The notes beneath the pieces are model-generated. The model was not told the DNA's origin. It searched no databases and saw nothing but the letters and a program-made list of their open reading frames with translations. Source: Octopus vulgaris (Eukaryota). From it: a stretch of DNA of 64,000 bases. A program made the translations under genes and the position numbers. This document shows, piece by piece, positions 12,759 to 27,054 of this stretch. Every line of letters starts with the position of its first letter. Positions within the stretch are counted from its first letter, which is position 1. The stretch lies in contig OX597843.1 of assembly GCA_951406725.2 (NCBI GenBank), positions 8,556,001-8,620,000 of the forward strand, in the 5' to 3' direction.

Positions 12759-12908
12759 GTGTTCTTTATGGACCGCTACTCTTCTACGTAAAGGAAGGAT
12801 CGTTTGTCCAATATAATTGTGTTGGCAACCGGCGCATGTGAGAACGTAGATGAGGTTCTCGGAGGAACAGAAGTTGGTCTTGATTTTAAACTGTGTTCCT
12901 TGTTTCAA
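12759..12908 (-). pseudogene. Penelope-like element GIY-YIG endonuclease fragment
   Basis: Translation FKIKTNFCSSENLIYVLTCAGCQHNYIGQTILPLRRRVAVHKEH shows the IY..CxxC..YIGQT..LRxR...H pattern of PLE GIY-YIG domains. Confidence 0.85.
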
Positions 12909-12932
12909 AGTAAATTCAGAGCGAACCTCAGT

Positions 12933-13217
12933 GCGAACCTCATAATGGGTTTCTTCGAACTATCACTCTATGAGATATCACGCCAGAAATTTGGACACAT
13001 TTTCCACATCTACTTAATGGAAAACTGGAAATGATACTTAGATGATTGTTTCATCATATGGAAAGAATCTTATGAAAAGCTTCTGAAATTCAAAACCACA
13101 CTGACCAATATACATCCCAACATTCAATTCACTATGGAATCCAGCAAACATCATCTCCCTTTCCTTGATCTCCTAAATATAAAAACACCTAACAACCAAC
13201 TCATAACAGACGTCTAT
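12933..13217 (+). pseudogene. Penelope-like element reverse transcriptase fragment
   Basis: One frame reads ANLIMGFFE...[12 protein letters not shown]...[11 protein letters not shown]...LPFLDL...TDVY: the YxDD motif and PLE-typical HPNIQFT and LPFLD motifs. One TGA at 13032-13034. Confidence 0.85.
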
Positions 13218-13267
13218 ATATATATACGTACATATGCCTCTCTCTCGATATCTCTGTCTCTCTCTAC

Positions 13268-13364
<97 letters not shown>

Positions 13365-13563
13365 CATATATATATACGCATATTAGAGAATATATCCTAA
13401 TACACACACAAATATACATCGATGTATATACGTATAGTATTTCAGTATAGGGTATATATATAATGTATACATCTGCTTGAGTGTCTATGTACGCACATAT
13501 GCCTCTCTCTCGCTATCTCTCACTCTCTCTCTACGTATATGTATCTATCTATCTATAATTACT

Positions 13564-13604
<41 letters not shown>

Positions 13605-13605
<1 letters not shown>

Positions 13606-13781
13606 AGGAGAGTTCACGAAAAAAAAACAAAAAAACGAAGACGGGTGGTGTAGACAACAAACAGATGTATTAGTATAACGCTCAGGAATAGAAAAAGTCT
13701 TTTACGTTTCGAGCCTACGCTCTTGAACAGAAAGGGACACAGAAAAAACAAGGAGAGAAAAAAATGTATGTAGTGGCTAAC

Positions 13782-13786
<5 letters not shown>
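13605..13786 (-). mobile_element. Family D short element with hammerhead-like motif
   Basis: Reverse complement of the 24996-25205 element; 3' end abuts (TA)n. Confidence 0.75.
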
Positions 13787-13847
<61 letters not shown>

Positions 13848-13988
13848 GCCATTATATATACTTTATATTCGTAAATAAATACGAATATAAATTCATACAT
13901 TTGCTTGTACACGTATATATGACTAAACACACGCATAAATATACATTATACATACATATAAACAAACAAAATATCACATATGTATCAT

Positions 13989-14019
<31 letters not shown>

Positions 14020-14029
14020 TTTAAGTATG

Positions 14030-14062
<33 letters not shown>

Positions 14063-14371
14063 ATTTATGTATATATATATATACATATATATATATATAA
14101 CTCACACAGACATTTTTTCAGTCTTAAAAATTGTCATTTTTAAGGCATCAATGTTTTTTTATTCTCTTTCTTTTATATTTTTTATTTTATTCTCACTTCT
14201 TTGCTATCGATTTTGGTTTTTTCACCAAGATTTATTGTATGGTAGACTGTCTAGTATCTCGTGTGATATTCTTTATTTTTATAGTATGTTGGACCATAGG
14301 AATATCCAACTCAAATGGGTGCCTCTAGTATATATTTATATAAATAGGTATGATTGTGTGTGTGTCTGTGT

Positions 14372-14426
<55 letters not shown>

Positions 14427-15005
14427 TATATATATATATACTCGTGTGAGTGAGGGTGTATTATTATGATTGTATATGGATATATGTATATATAAGTATG
14501 GTGTGTGTGTGTAAATGTATATATATGTATGTATGTATGTATATGATTTCATATATCTATATATATATATTTATATACAGAAATCAATGAATATATATGT
14601 ATATACGTATGCATGTATATATATGTGTGTATGTGTAAGAGAGAGAGAGAGAGAGAGAGTATGTATATATCTCTGTATATATATATATATATATATGTAT
14701 GTATATGTCAATATATATACACACACACACACGCATATATATATATATACATGTAAATATATATATATATATATATGATTGTGCTTATGCATATGTATAT
14801 GTGTTGATATGTCTGTGTGCACATATACCTACATATAAACATGTGTGTGTTTGTGAACGCGCGTGCATAAGCTTCATTTTTTTATCACTTCTTTTTTTAT
14901 TTTTTTTTGTTTATATTTGTTGCTGATCTGTCTCAGTGTAGTGAACGCTTCTTAATCTACCTATCTATCTAATCTTTTTATCTCTCACATTGTCCCCATA
15001 TATAA

Positions 15006-15124
<119 letters not shown>

Positions 15125-15276
15125 TATGTATATATATATATATATACGTATGAATGTATGTATCTCTATGTGTGTGAAGGAATATTTGTATTTCATAATC
15201 TTTTCTTGTCCATAAAACTTCACTGTATATCATTGTCACACACTCTCTCTCTTTCTCTCTCTCAATGTATGCATGG

Positions 15277-15338
<62 letters not shown>

Positions 15339-15486
15339 TTATCTGTCTGTCTGTCTGTCTGTCTGTCTCCGTGTCTATATATCTATCTATGTATCTATCA
15401 ATCCATCTATCTCCGAACTGCTTACACACACACATATACTCTCACGCACTCACTCACACATACGCATGTTCGTAGTCATAGACCTA

Positions 15487-15560
15487 CGCAGGCTCACGCT
15501 CACCCTGAAGGGTCGGATGGGGGTAGCGAATGCGTGCATTGCTTCCGTCATCTTCTACAT
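15487..15560 (+). pseudogene. Possible L1/Tx1-clade LINE ORF2 sliver
   Basis: [24 protein letters not shown] resembles the R.LSL.GR..V.N...S...Y motif found after the RT core in L1/Tx1 elements (recalled; very short). Confidence 0.35.
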
Positions 15561-15572
15561 CTTCTACCTCTT

Positions 15573-16122
15573 GAGTGAGAGAGAGCAGTGCATGCCATCA
15601 AAGTGACACTGTGGTAAAATATACAAAGCCCAGTATACCCATCATGACTACCCGTCTGATAAAGGTACACCAGGCACATGCCCCACAACCATATGTGCGC
15701 GACATGGTGATATCCTATCAATATAAACAGCATATGACCTTACAGGAGGAGACCAGTTAGAATGTTTTTCATGTCGAGTAGTCCATCGCTCAAACGGTCC
15801 CTGATTAAGGGTTGTTTAAGGATGTTGAACGAAACACCCATGTTTCCAAAGGTGAATTATCGAAACCTCCAAGAATTCCTTTCAACACATGGCTATGATG
15901 CTCCCCCTCCTACTTCTGCTCGTGATCAGAGATGCACATATCGTCAGCCACTAAGGGACATGCTCAACTGGTTAAGGTCAAGCAACTGACAATCTGTGGT
16001 ATTGAGCAGAATATTTGCTGTAGCCCATCTTTTATACCAAGACAAAACAATGTACATGATAACACTTCCAATCAGTTAAGATCAGAAGCCATGAGAGCCA
16101 CTGCCTGGTACTGCATCAGGGC

Positions 16123-16126
<4 letters not shown>
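15573..16126 (+). mobile_element. ~555-bp retroposon-like repeat with (ATT)n tail (family H)
   Basis: Its 5' part is repeated at 16629-16961 (+) and a diverged copy lies at ~35221-35640 (-). Followed by long (ATT)n. Confidence 0.7.
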
Positions 16127-17320
<1,194 letters not shown>

Positions 17321-17582
17321 TGTCCATCCCATTTTTTACGGAAGTTCCTTCATCGTTTGGGTTAATAAGCAACAACAGAACATTCTAAAGAAATGGATTT
17401 AATATTATTATGATTTTTTTTTTTTTTACCAAAATGTAAAAGACACTCGTTTTTCTTATTAGTTGTTTTTGTAAAATGTCGTATTCCACTTTGGAGATTT
17501 TTAAACAAAGGCATTTACAACAATAAACATCGATATCAGGAACGAGAAGAAAAAAATAAGGAAACTTTCCCTAAACAGTCCA

Positions 17583-17854
17583 GGAAGAAGAAGAAGAAGA
17601 AGAAGAAGAAGAAGAAGAAGAAGAAGAAGAAGAAGAAGAAGAAGAAGGAGGAGGAGGAGGAGGAGAAAAAGAAGAAGAAGAAGAAGAAGAAGAAGAAGAA
17701 GAAGAAGAAGAAGAAGAAGAAGAAGAAGAAGAAGAAGGAGGAGGAGGAGGAGGAGAAGAGAGAAGAAGAAGAAGAAGAAGAAGAAGAAGAAGAAGAAGAA
17801 GAAGAAGAAGAAGAAGGAGAAGAAGGAGAAGAAGGAGAAGAAGAAGGAGAAGAA

Positions 17855-17897
<43 letters not shown>

Positions 17898-18221
17898 GAG
17901 GAGGAGGAGGAGGAGGAGGAGAAAAAGAAGAAGAAGAAGAAGAAGAAGAAGAAGGAGGAGGAGGAGGAGAAGAAGAAGAAGGAGAATAAGGAGAAGAAGA
18001 AGAAGAAGAGAAGAAGGAAAAGAAGAAGGAGAAGAAGAAGAAGAAGAAGAAGAAGAAGAAGAAGGAGAAGAAGGAGAAGAAGGAGAAGAAGAAGAAGAAG
18101 AAGGAGAAGAAGAAGGAGAAGAAGAAGAAGAAGAAGAAGAAGAAGAAGAAGAAGAAGAAGAAGAAGAAGAAGAAGAAGAAGAAGAAGAAGAAGAAGAAGA
18201 AGAAGAAGAAGAAGAAGAAGA
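17583..18221. repeat. (AAG)n/(GAG)n repeat, ~640 bp
   Basis: Direct tandem repeat. Confidence 0.95.
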
Positions 18222-18470
18222 AAATGAAAAGTAAGCGCAACAGACGAAAACTTGCCGTAAAATTTAAAGGAAAGGAAATTTTATAAAATAATAATAATGA
18301 AACTATTTTATTTTCTCGACAGAACATTCACAAACATATTGACATGGCGGCAGGAAAATCAATTGATTTTATTTGTATTAACAACAGCTCCCTTCTATTT
18401 CTTTTATCCTTTCTTTCTCTTTCTCTCTCTCCCTATATATACCTTTCTTTTTCTGTCTCTCTTTGAACAC

Positions 18471-18565
<95 letters not shown>

Positions 18566-19216
18566 TATATACATATACATATACATATATATATATGTGT
18601 GTGTGTATATATATATATATATATCCATCTTTCCCTGCCTGTCTCTTTCTTTCTCTACCAGTCTCACTGTTTTTCCCTCTCTCCACCTCTCTCTCTTTCC
18701 ATCAGTGTCTCTTTCTCTCTTTATTTCCATATCTCTGTGTGTGTGTGTGTGTATGGTTGTATGTGTATGTCTGTGTGTGTATGTCTCTCTGTGTATATGT
18801 TCGTGTGTGTGTGTTTCTCTCTGTGTGTGTATGTGTGTGCATTTCTCTCTCTCTCTCTCACCACTCCTACACACACACACACATTAAAAGAATGAAGACG
18901 CCGTTATTTCGTCTCTATTATTTTCAGCTTTTCTTTTGCTAGCATTGCTAGTCACAAAGAACCACTAAATATGGGTGAAATAAAACAAAACATATCAGAA
19001 AACAGAAAAACAGATCAGTATGATATCATTTTGTCATCAAATATGGAGCTGACCTTCCTGGGAATATTCCAGGTGAGAATGAAATCTCTTGTAAGTGTCT
19101 CGGTCAACGCACATAATCTAGTAGTTAGAGCGTGCCACTCGCTAAATTACGGAGGCGTAAGCACAATAACAAGTGGGGGACAATCACAGAAACAAAGAGT
19201 ATCTCCCTCTTACTAA

Positions 19217-19270
<54 letters not shown>

Positions 19271-19387
19271 TATATACTCCTTCACTCTTTTACATGTTTC
19301 AGTCATTTGACTATGGCCACTCCCCACAGAACCACACCTGCGCCTGTGTGTGTGTATGTATCCATGTGAGTGTGTATAAGTATATAT

Positions 19388-19767
19388 ATTTCTTTAGAAA
19401 CCACAAGGGGCTAAACACAGAGGGGACAAACAAGGACAGACAAACGGATTAAGTCAATTACATCAATCCCAGTGCGTTACTGGTATTTAATTTATCGACC
19501 CCGAAAGGATGAAAGGCAAAGTCGACCTCGGCAGAATTTGAACTCAGAACGTAACGGCAGACGAAATATCTATTTCTTTACAACTCGCAAGAAGCTAAAC
19601 ACAGAGGGGACAAACAAGGACAGACAAACATAAGTGGTATTCAATTTATCGACCCCGAAAGGATGAAAGGCAAAGTCGACCTCGGCGGAATTTGAACTCA
19701 GAACGTAACGGCAGGCGAAATACGGCTACGCATTTCGCCCGGCGTGCTAACGTTTCTGCCAGCTCGG
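19388..19767 (-). mobile_element. SINE family B, two-unit tandem
   Basis: Same unit junction type (gaaata(c/t)ctatttcttta) as the 4.3-kb array. Head ends cgtttctgccagctcg. Confidence 0.85.
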
Positions 19768-20454
19768 AGTATATTGGGGACCATAGATAAAAGGGCAAAC
19801 GCACGAAACGCAAGTATTCATAGAGAGATACAGAGACAGAGACAGACAGACAGACTGACAGACAGACAAGCAAACGGGAAGACAGACTGACAGACAGACA
19901 GACAGAGAGGCCGACAGATAGATACACAAAAGGACAGGCAGAACAGAGAGACAAAAGGAGGAAGAGACAGACAGTGAGACACAGAACAGACAGAAACACG
20001 GACAGACAGACAGACAGACAGACAGACAAAGAATAAAAACAAAAACAAAACAGCGAGAGAGAACGGCCATTTTATTTTCCAAAAGACGCTTCTTTTCAAA
20101 CGAGTTGACGTGTTCATTAAGAATGAACTCATCGAGAGACAATTAACACAAAGATGACGTCACAGTAATTTGCATGAGCGGTCACCTACTGCAGGCTATT
20201 TGCAAAGTCAAGCCAGTTCGAATGACTAACGGTCAACTAGTTTGTACAATTGAGTCGCTAGTTTTAACGTCAAAAGAATTTTCCAAAATATGCGGCTGTT
20301 ATTCTCGATCAATCCAAAATTTAATTAATCGAGATTTTGTGAGATTTTTCCTCTCTCGTGATCTATCTTGCATATCTCTCTCTCTCTCTATCGCTCTTTC
20401 TTTCTATGTTACGCTTGTTTCTTCCCATTCTTTCTTTCTTTTGTTTCTCTCTAA

Positions 20455-20488
<34 letters not shown>

Positions 20489-21048
20489 CCTGCTGTTTTT
20501 GTGTCTCTCTATGTGTGTATTCGCACGTGTGTGTTTGTGTATGTGTGTGTTTATGGATGTATGCGTTTTGTGTTTACGCAGTTATGCAAGCGTGGTATGT
20601 GCGTTTGTGTGTATTTTGTATGTGTATGCAAAATCATTAAACACATCTTTAGATATATACGTACATATACACACACATACACATATATGGCTATAATGAT
20701 ATATACACATATATGTATATTTTGTATGTGTATGCGTATATGTTCGTGTTGTGCTTGTGTACATGCGTACTTGTCTGTGTCTCAATATACGGCTATATTT
20801 GTGCGTAAGTGCAGTAAGAGAGCTTTGCATACAACTATATACGCACGCACATATGTGTGTATATGAGAGAGTGTGTATATGCATGCATGTAAGCGCGTGT
20901 GTGTCTGTGTACCAGAAAGAAGCAAATAACTTATATACATGAGCAGTCAAAATCATTAAACACTTCTTTAGATATATACATACATATACACACACATATA
21001 CATATATGGGTATAATGATATATACACATACATGTGTATATACATATA

Positions 21049-21109
<61 letters not shown>

Positions 21110-21193
21110 ACAATTGAGGGTAAAATTAATTAATCAATTTCACCAAGTGTTCAGTATGTAAAAGGACCATTTAAGGCGAATTCAAAATATTAC

Positions 21194-21445
21194 ATTATAT
21201 AATTAGGGCTTAGTAAAATAAATTACTTTGCCACATACTGAACTTAGTAGAAATAGCAGCCAAAAAAATTTTTTTTTTAGCCGTTTCTATTACTTAAAGA
21301 AAATTTCTCTCAGATAATGTTTACTCCAGACAGCTCACGAAGGTTTGGAGGTAAATACAGAAAAATATCACAAGTACATAGATCGTTTCTACTAAGTTCA
21401 GTATGTGGCAAAGTAATTTATTTTACTAAGCCCTAATTATATAAT
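21194..21445. repeat. 60-bp perfect inverted repeat, 132-bp spacer
   Basis: 21194-21253 equals the reverse complement of 21386-21445. Confidence 0.85.
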
Positions 21446-21507
21446 ATATATATATATATAAAATATTAGGGAGTAAATCCAAACTTACAGGTTTTATCTC
21501 TAATATA

Positions 21508-21546
<39 letters not shown>

Positions 21547-22379
21547 TATAGCTACCTGCTTCTCTATACATATGTATATAGGCGCAGGGTAAGAAAATTA
21601 CTTCTGAACCACATGGTTCCGGGTTCAGTCCCACTGCGTGGCATCTTAGGCAGTTATCTTCTGCTATAACCCCGAGTGATTTTGTTGACGAAAACTAGCA
21701 AACTGAAAGAAGCCCATCGTACCTGCCAACCTACCTACCTACCTACCTACCTACCTACCTACCTACCTACCTACATACATACATACATACATACATACAT
21801 ACATACATACATACACACAAAAATACACTGTTGTTGATGTTGAAATTCCAATAAAGGGACGTTGAATCTAAGTTAGAAACGGCTCATTCCCTATTGGCAA
21901 GAAATCTTGAAATAAAATTTGAAATCTTGAATAATGACATACATACAGACAGACATACAGACATACACACAAACTGTGACTGTCTGATCGTATGTCCCTG
22001 CCGTAAGGCTTTACTTCCACACACACCAGCTTAATTTAATTCGTCCTTAGTCGAAAGAAACCTGTTGTTATGTCCTGTTAATTGCATTTGTATTTGTGTC
22101 ACAATTCTGCTTTTTTTTTGGTCCTTGTTTTCGTATACATTCACTGCTTTCTTCCAAGGAATCTAATGCTCTTAGCATATCTTTTCCTTAAGGCTGGCCA
22201 GATTGGAGCACTCTCGAGTATAACCAGCCGAAATTTCAAAGATAATCTGGAATTCGACTGAGGATAGAAAACTCCGAATGATTCCTCCTTGTTTCCCTTG
22301 TATCATCTATCTGGATATTTTGTTGTCCCTTTTTTGTTTCTTCGCCCATTTTTGCATTTAATATATATATATATATATA

Positions 22380-22453
<74 letters not shown>

Positions 22454-22548
22454 GTATATGTATGTATATATAAACACAACTATTAAAAATCGCACGTGGA
22501 GTACGATAACATGCATATGCTTGTACTGCCTCAAAAGAGCATGTATGT

Positions 22549-22588
<40 letters not shown>

Positions 22589-22893
22589 CAAAATATATGC
22601 ATAAAGTATATATGTGAAAATGTGTTTCTCCTTGCATATATTCACACACGTGCACACAAAGTATTTGTTCATATATTTTCTTATGTGTATATATGTATGT
22701 ATACATACACACACACATAGCACACACGCGCGCATGTGTGTGTGTGTGTGTGTGTGTGTGTATTTTTGGAAACAAAACTGCGTTTGCAAAAAAGCATCAG
22801 GTTACATATATTCATACACACATACATACATATAAACATACAAACGTATATATACGTGTATATATTTCGGAATGCACACACACATATATATAT

Positions 22894-23039
<146 letters not shown>

Positions 23040-23210
23040 CTGGTGTCTGTATATAAATATACATAAAATTCTATATTTAGTCACCTACAATAACATTTAT
23101 GCATGTGAATATACACACACATGTATATATATATATAAATATATATAATATACATACATGTGTATAAGCAATTATGTATGCATGTATATATATATATAAG
23201 TATATACGCA

Positions 23211-23263
<53 letters not shown>

Positions 23264-23477
23264 TTCATTCATTACGGTCATACAAACAAGTTACCAAAAA
23301 AGACTGCGATTCTGATTCGAACTCGCTCACCGCAGATCCGGATTTTGCAGACGTTTGCCGGAAATGCTAAGCGGATACTCACGGACCTCTCACATTTAAG
23401 AAATGTCTGCTGCCTTCAGAGGAACCGTCAGAATATTGTGAGTGGATTTGGTAGACAAACTGATAGAAGACTTCGTA

Positions 23478-23514
<37 letters not shown>

Positions 23515-23625
23515 TTGTGTGTGTCTGTGTCGTGTGTGTTGTATGTGTTTGTGTTTGTGTGTGTATGTGCTTAGGTTATTGTAAAGATATGAGTTTGCGA
23601 GTGCATTTATATATATAAATATGTA

Positions 23626-23755
<130 letters not shown>

Positions 23756-24031
23756 TACATATATATGTATATTTATACATATATCTGCTAATATACCTTT
23801 ACCTATATATATATATATGTGTGTGTACATATACACAGACACACATATATATCGTTACATATTTCTACATATGAATGTATATATATATGCATGTATATAT
23901 GTATATATATATACGTATACCCACAAAATGCACACACACATACAAACGCATGCATACACATGTACATATATGCACAAATGCGCATATCTAAAGATATATG
24001 TGTGTATGTATGAGTCTATATACATGTGGAG

Positions 24032-24086
<55 letters not shown>

Positions 24087-24437
24087 ATATATATATGTAT
24101 GTGTGTGTATAGAGTATACTTTTATATATATATACTCAACATTTATATAGACACGCTCAATGGATATGCAAATATGCAAACATCTGTACATTTATATATA
24201 CATCTACATATCAACCAGCGTGTGAATGTGTGTGTATAAATGAGCGAGTGTATACAAATTGACACGGTTTGTGCCTATGTAATGTTCTCGGTCGATCAAC
24301 TTTACTAAAATATTGATAACGAGATAACTTCAGCCATACGTATGTGTTCTTGTTGTTCTTTAATCTGCCTCTGTCTCCCTCTTTCTCTCTCTTTCTTCGT
24401 ATTTGCCTGTCTATTTTGTATACTATATATATACATA

Positions 24438-24589
24438 GTAGAAGTGGCTGTGTGGTAAGTAGCTTGCTAACCAACCACATGGTTCCGGGTTCAGTCCCAC
24501 TGCGTGGCATCTTGGGCAAGTGTCTTCTGCTATAGCCCCGGGCCGACCAATGCCTTGTGAGTGGATTTGGTAGATAGAAGACTGTCGTA

Positions 24590-24640
<51 letters not shown>

Positions 24641-24642
24641 CT

Positions 24643-24685
<43 letters not shown>

Positions 24686-24850
24686 TCCCCCTAGCATTGT
24701 ACAACCGATGCTGGTGTGTTAACGTCTCTGTCATACGGTTCGGCATTTAGAGAATAAGTACTGGGCTTACAAAGAATAAGTCCTGGGGTCGATTTGCTCG
24801 ACTAAGGGCGGTGCTCCAGCATGGCCGCAGTCACTGAAACAAGTAAAAGA

Positions 24851-24852
<2 letters not shown>
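24438..24852 (+). mobile_element. SINE family A, full length with internal (TA)/(TG) tract
   Basis: A box TGGCTGTGTGG, B box GGTTCAGTCCC, body and gtaaaagag tail. Confidence 0.9.
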
Positions 24853-24885
<33 letters not shown>

Positions 24886-24995
24886 CTTGTCTGTGTATAT
24901 ATCGGCTTAACTATTTAGACATCGATTTACATACCTACACTTATATCTGTTTATCTACCTGTCTATTTGCTTACATATAATGTCGTTTTTAGGAC

Positions 24996-25203
24996 GCCAT
25001 GATAGATCGTTAGCTCCTACACGCATTTTTTTTCTCTTCTTCTTTCTCTCCATGTTTCTTTTCTGTGTATCTTTCTGTCGAAGAGCGTAGGCTCGAAACG
25101 TAAAAGATTTTTTCTATTTCTATTCCTGAGCGCTATACTAATACATTTGTTTGTTTGTACTCCACCTGCCTTCGTCTTTTGTTTATTTTCGTAAACCTTC
25201 CCG

Positions 25204-25205
<2 letters not shown>
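24996..25205 (+). mobile_element. Family D short element with hammerhead-like motif (25069-25108)
   Basis: atcttt-CTGTCGA-A-gagc gtag gctc-GAAA-CG-TA-aaagat; followed by (TA)n. Confidence 0.75.
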
Positions 25206-25249
<44 letters not shown>

Positions 25250-25251
<2 letters not shown>

Positions 25252-25459
25252 AGAAAAGACGTCAACAAGAAACTATGGCATTACAACCAGTCATGAACAG
25301 TCTTCGCTACATTTGCGGCACCTGCCAGAGGGACTGTTTGTCCAGGATAGGACTACACAGCCACAGCAGGAAGTGTATCAGGACATGAAATGTAAAAGCC
25401 GGACTTGACTACTTTATGCGCAACTCCATTGTCTCCCGAGACAAAAAGGATGTCAACAA
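25250..25459 (+). mobile_element. 5'-truncated RTE-clade LINE: ORF C-terminus and 3' UTR
   Basis: YICGTCQRDCLSRIGLHSHSRKC* (stop 25386-25388) matches the CxxC.R.C.SRIGL.SH.R.C end of RTE ORFs. 3' hairpin gtctc-cc-gagac before the caacaa tail. Confidence 0.8.
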
Positions 25460-25480
25460 TATATATATATATATATCTGC

Positions 25481-25542
<62 letters not shown>

Positions 25543-25547
<5 letters not shown>

Positions 25548-25630
25548 GGACATAACAACAGGTGTCTTTCGACTGGGGATGAATTGAATTCAGCTGGTGT
25601 GTGTGGAAATGAAGCCTTACGGTAGGGATG
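25543..25630 (-). repeat. Retroposon 3' end with (ATT)n tail (second copy ~21992-22080 +)
   Basis: ccgtaaggctt...ccacacacaccagct...agtcgaaaga(c/a)acctgttgttatgtcctgtt is shared by both loci. Confidence 0.65.
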
Positions 25631-26023
25631 CAAGACTTTCATGAACTCAGAGAAGAATATCGATGTGGCAGTGACCACGGTCAAACGCAAAAAGAGGGCT
25701 AGCAGTCTGGCCTATCGGTCACGTGAGAAGAGAAGAGAGAGAAAAAGAGGAACAAAAGAATTACGGAGGGGGAAGAGCTTAGTTTTTCCTTGGGGCTGGC
25801 CAGATTGGAGCAATCTCAAGATTAATCAACCGAAATTGCGAGGATGATGTGGTTCTTGACTGAAGATAGAAAGCTTCGAATGACCCGTCCTTGTTTTTTG
25901 TGTATCGTATATCTGGATGTTTTGTTGTCCCTTTTTGTATCACCTAGTTTTCTAGATGTTTTACGTTCTTGTCCCATTTTGTATCTTACATATATATATA
26001 GCAGCGTATGTGCATTTGTTCTC

Positions 26024-26071
<48 letters not shown>

Positions 26072-26324
26072 TTTTATAAATATAAATTAATAATTTTAAT
26101 TTTAAATTTAAATAATTAAATTTTTTTTTAATTTTGTATTTTATATATTTTGTATATTATATTAATTATTTTTATTTTTATGTTTTGGTTTATGTTTTTC
26201 ACTGCTTGATTTGCCTAATAGTGGTTTTATCTTTAATTCAATTTATATATATATACATATATATATATATAAAATAAAAACATGATGCGAAGAAGGATTT
26301 ATAACAATGCATTCAGCGCTACAT

Positions 26325-26542
26325 TGTTACATCAAAATTCTTGGTTGGGGATGCAAATCCTCTCATTCACGTACGACATAATGCGGCAGCAGCATAGAAT
26401 TGAAGCGTCCATCTCTTTCTTCTCTCAATGTAGAATCTACATTGAAGAAAGAGATGGACGCTTCAATTCTATGCTGCTGCCGCATTATGTCGTACGTGAA
26501 TGAGAGGATTTGCATCCCCAACCAAGAATTTTTGATGTAACA
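26325..26542. repeat. Fold-back palindrome, ~105-bp arms, 1-nt spacer at 26435
   Basis: Arms identical apart from small indels; the ORF track gives the same peptide on both strands. Confidence 0.9.
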
Positions 26543-26567
26543 CATGTCCTTGTGGAAGCTGTTGTGC

Positions 26568-26645
26568 GCGGCTGAAGAAGGCCACAGACATACATTATGC
26601 ATTGTTATAAATCTGTCTAATAAAGGCCCGAAACATATGTACCGC
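26568..26645 (+). ncRNA. Type I hammerhead ribozyme motif
   Basis: gcgg-CTGAAGA-a-ggcc...ggcc-c-GAAA-catatg-TA-ccgc: 4-bp stem I, long stem II, palindromic stem III. Confidence 0.7.
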
Positions 26646-26752
26646 TGAATCCTTCGCATCATGTTTTTATTTTATTTTGATCAATTTACTCCACCACCTA
26701 CACCACTAAACGGTATACACAGGTGCTTATAATTATCAAGTACTCACCCCGA

Positions 26753-26926
<174 letters not shown>

Positions 26927-27054
26927 GTGTATATATATATATGCATACATATATATATATATATATATACCGGAGTAAACACATAAATGTGAAACAAGGT
27001 GGAAAAAAGAGTACTCAAATACCAGTGGTAGAGTAATATGCTTTATTTAAAGCA

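Noticed and set aside
13032-13034. In-frame TGA in the Penelope RT as selenocysteine
   Set aside because: It occupies the conserved Arg of RYxDD, so mutation from CGA or AGA is simpler; no SECIS seen.
21845-21900. Hammerhead-like ccaataaagg...gaaacggctc (similar case at ~57400)
   Set aside because: Core too degenerate and stems not formed.
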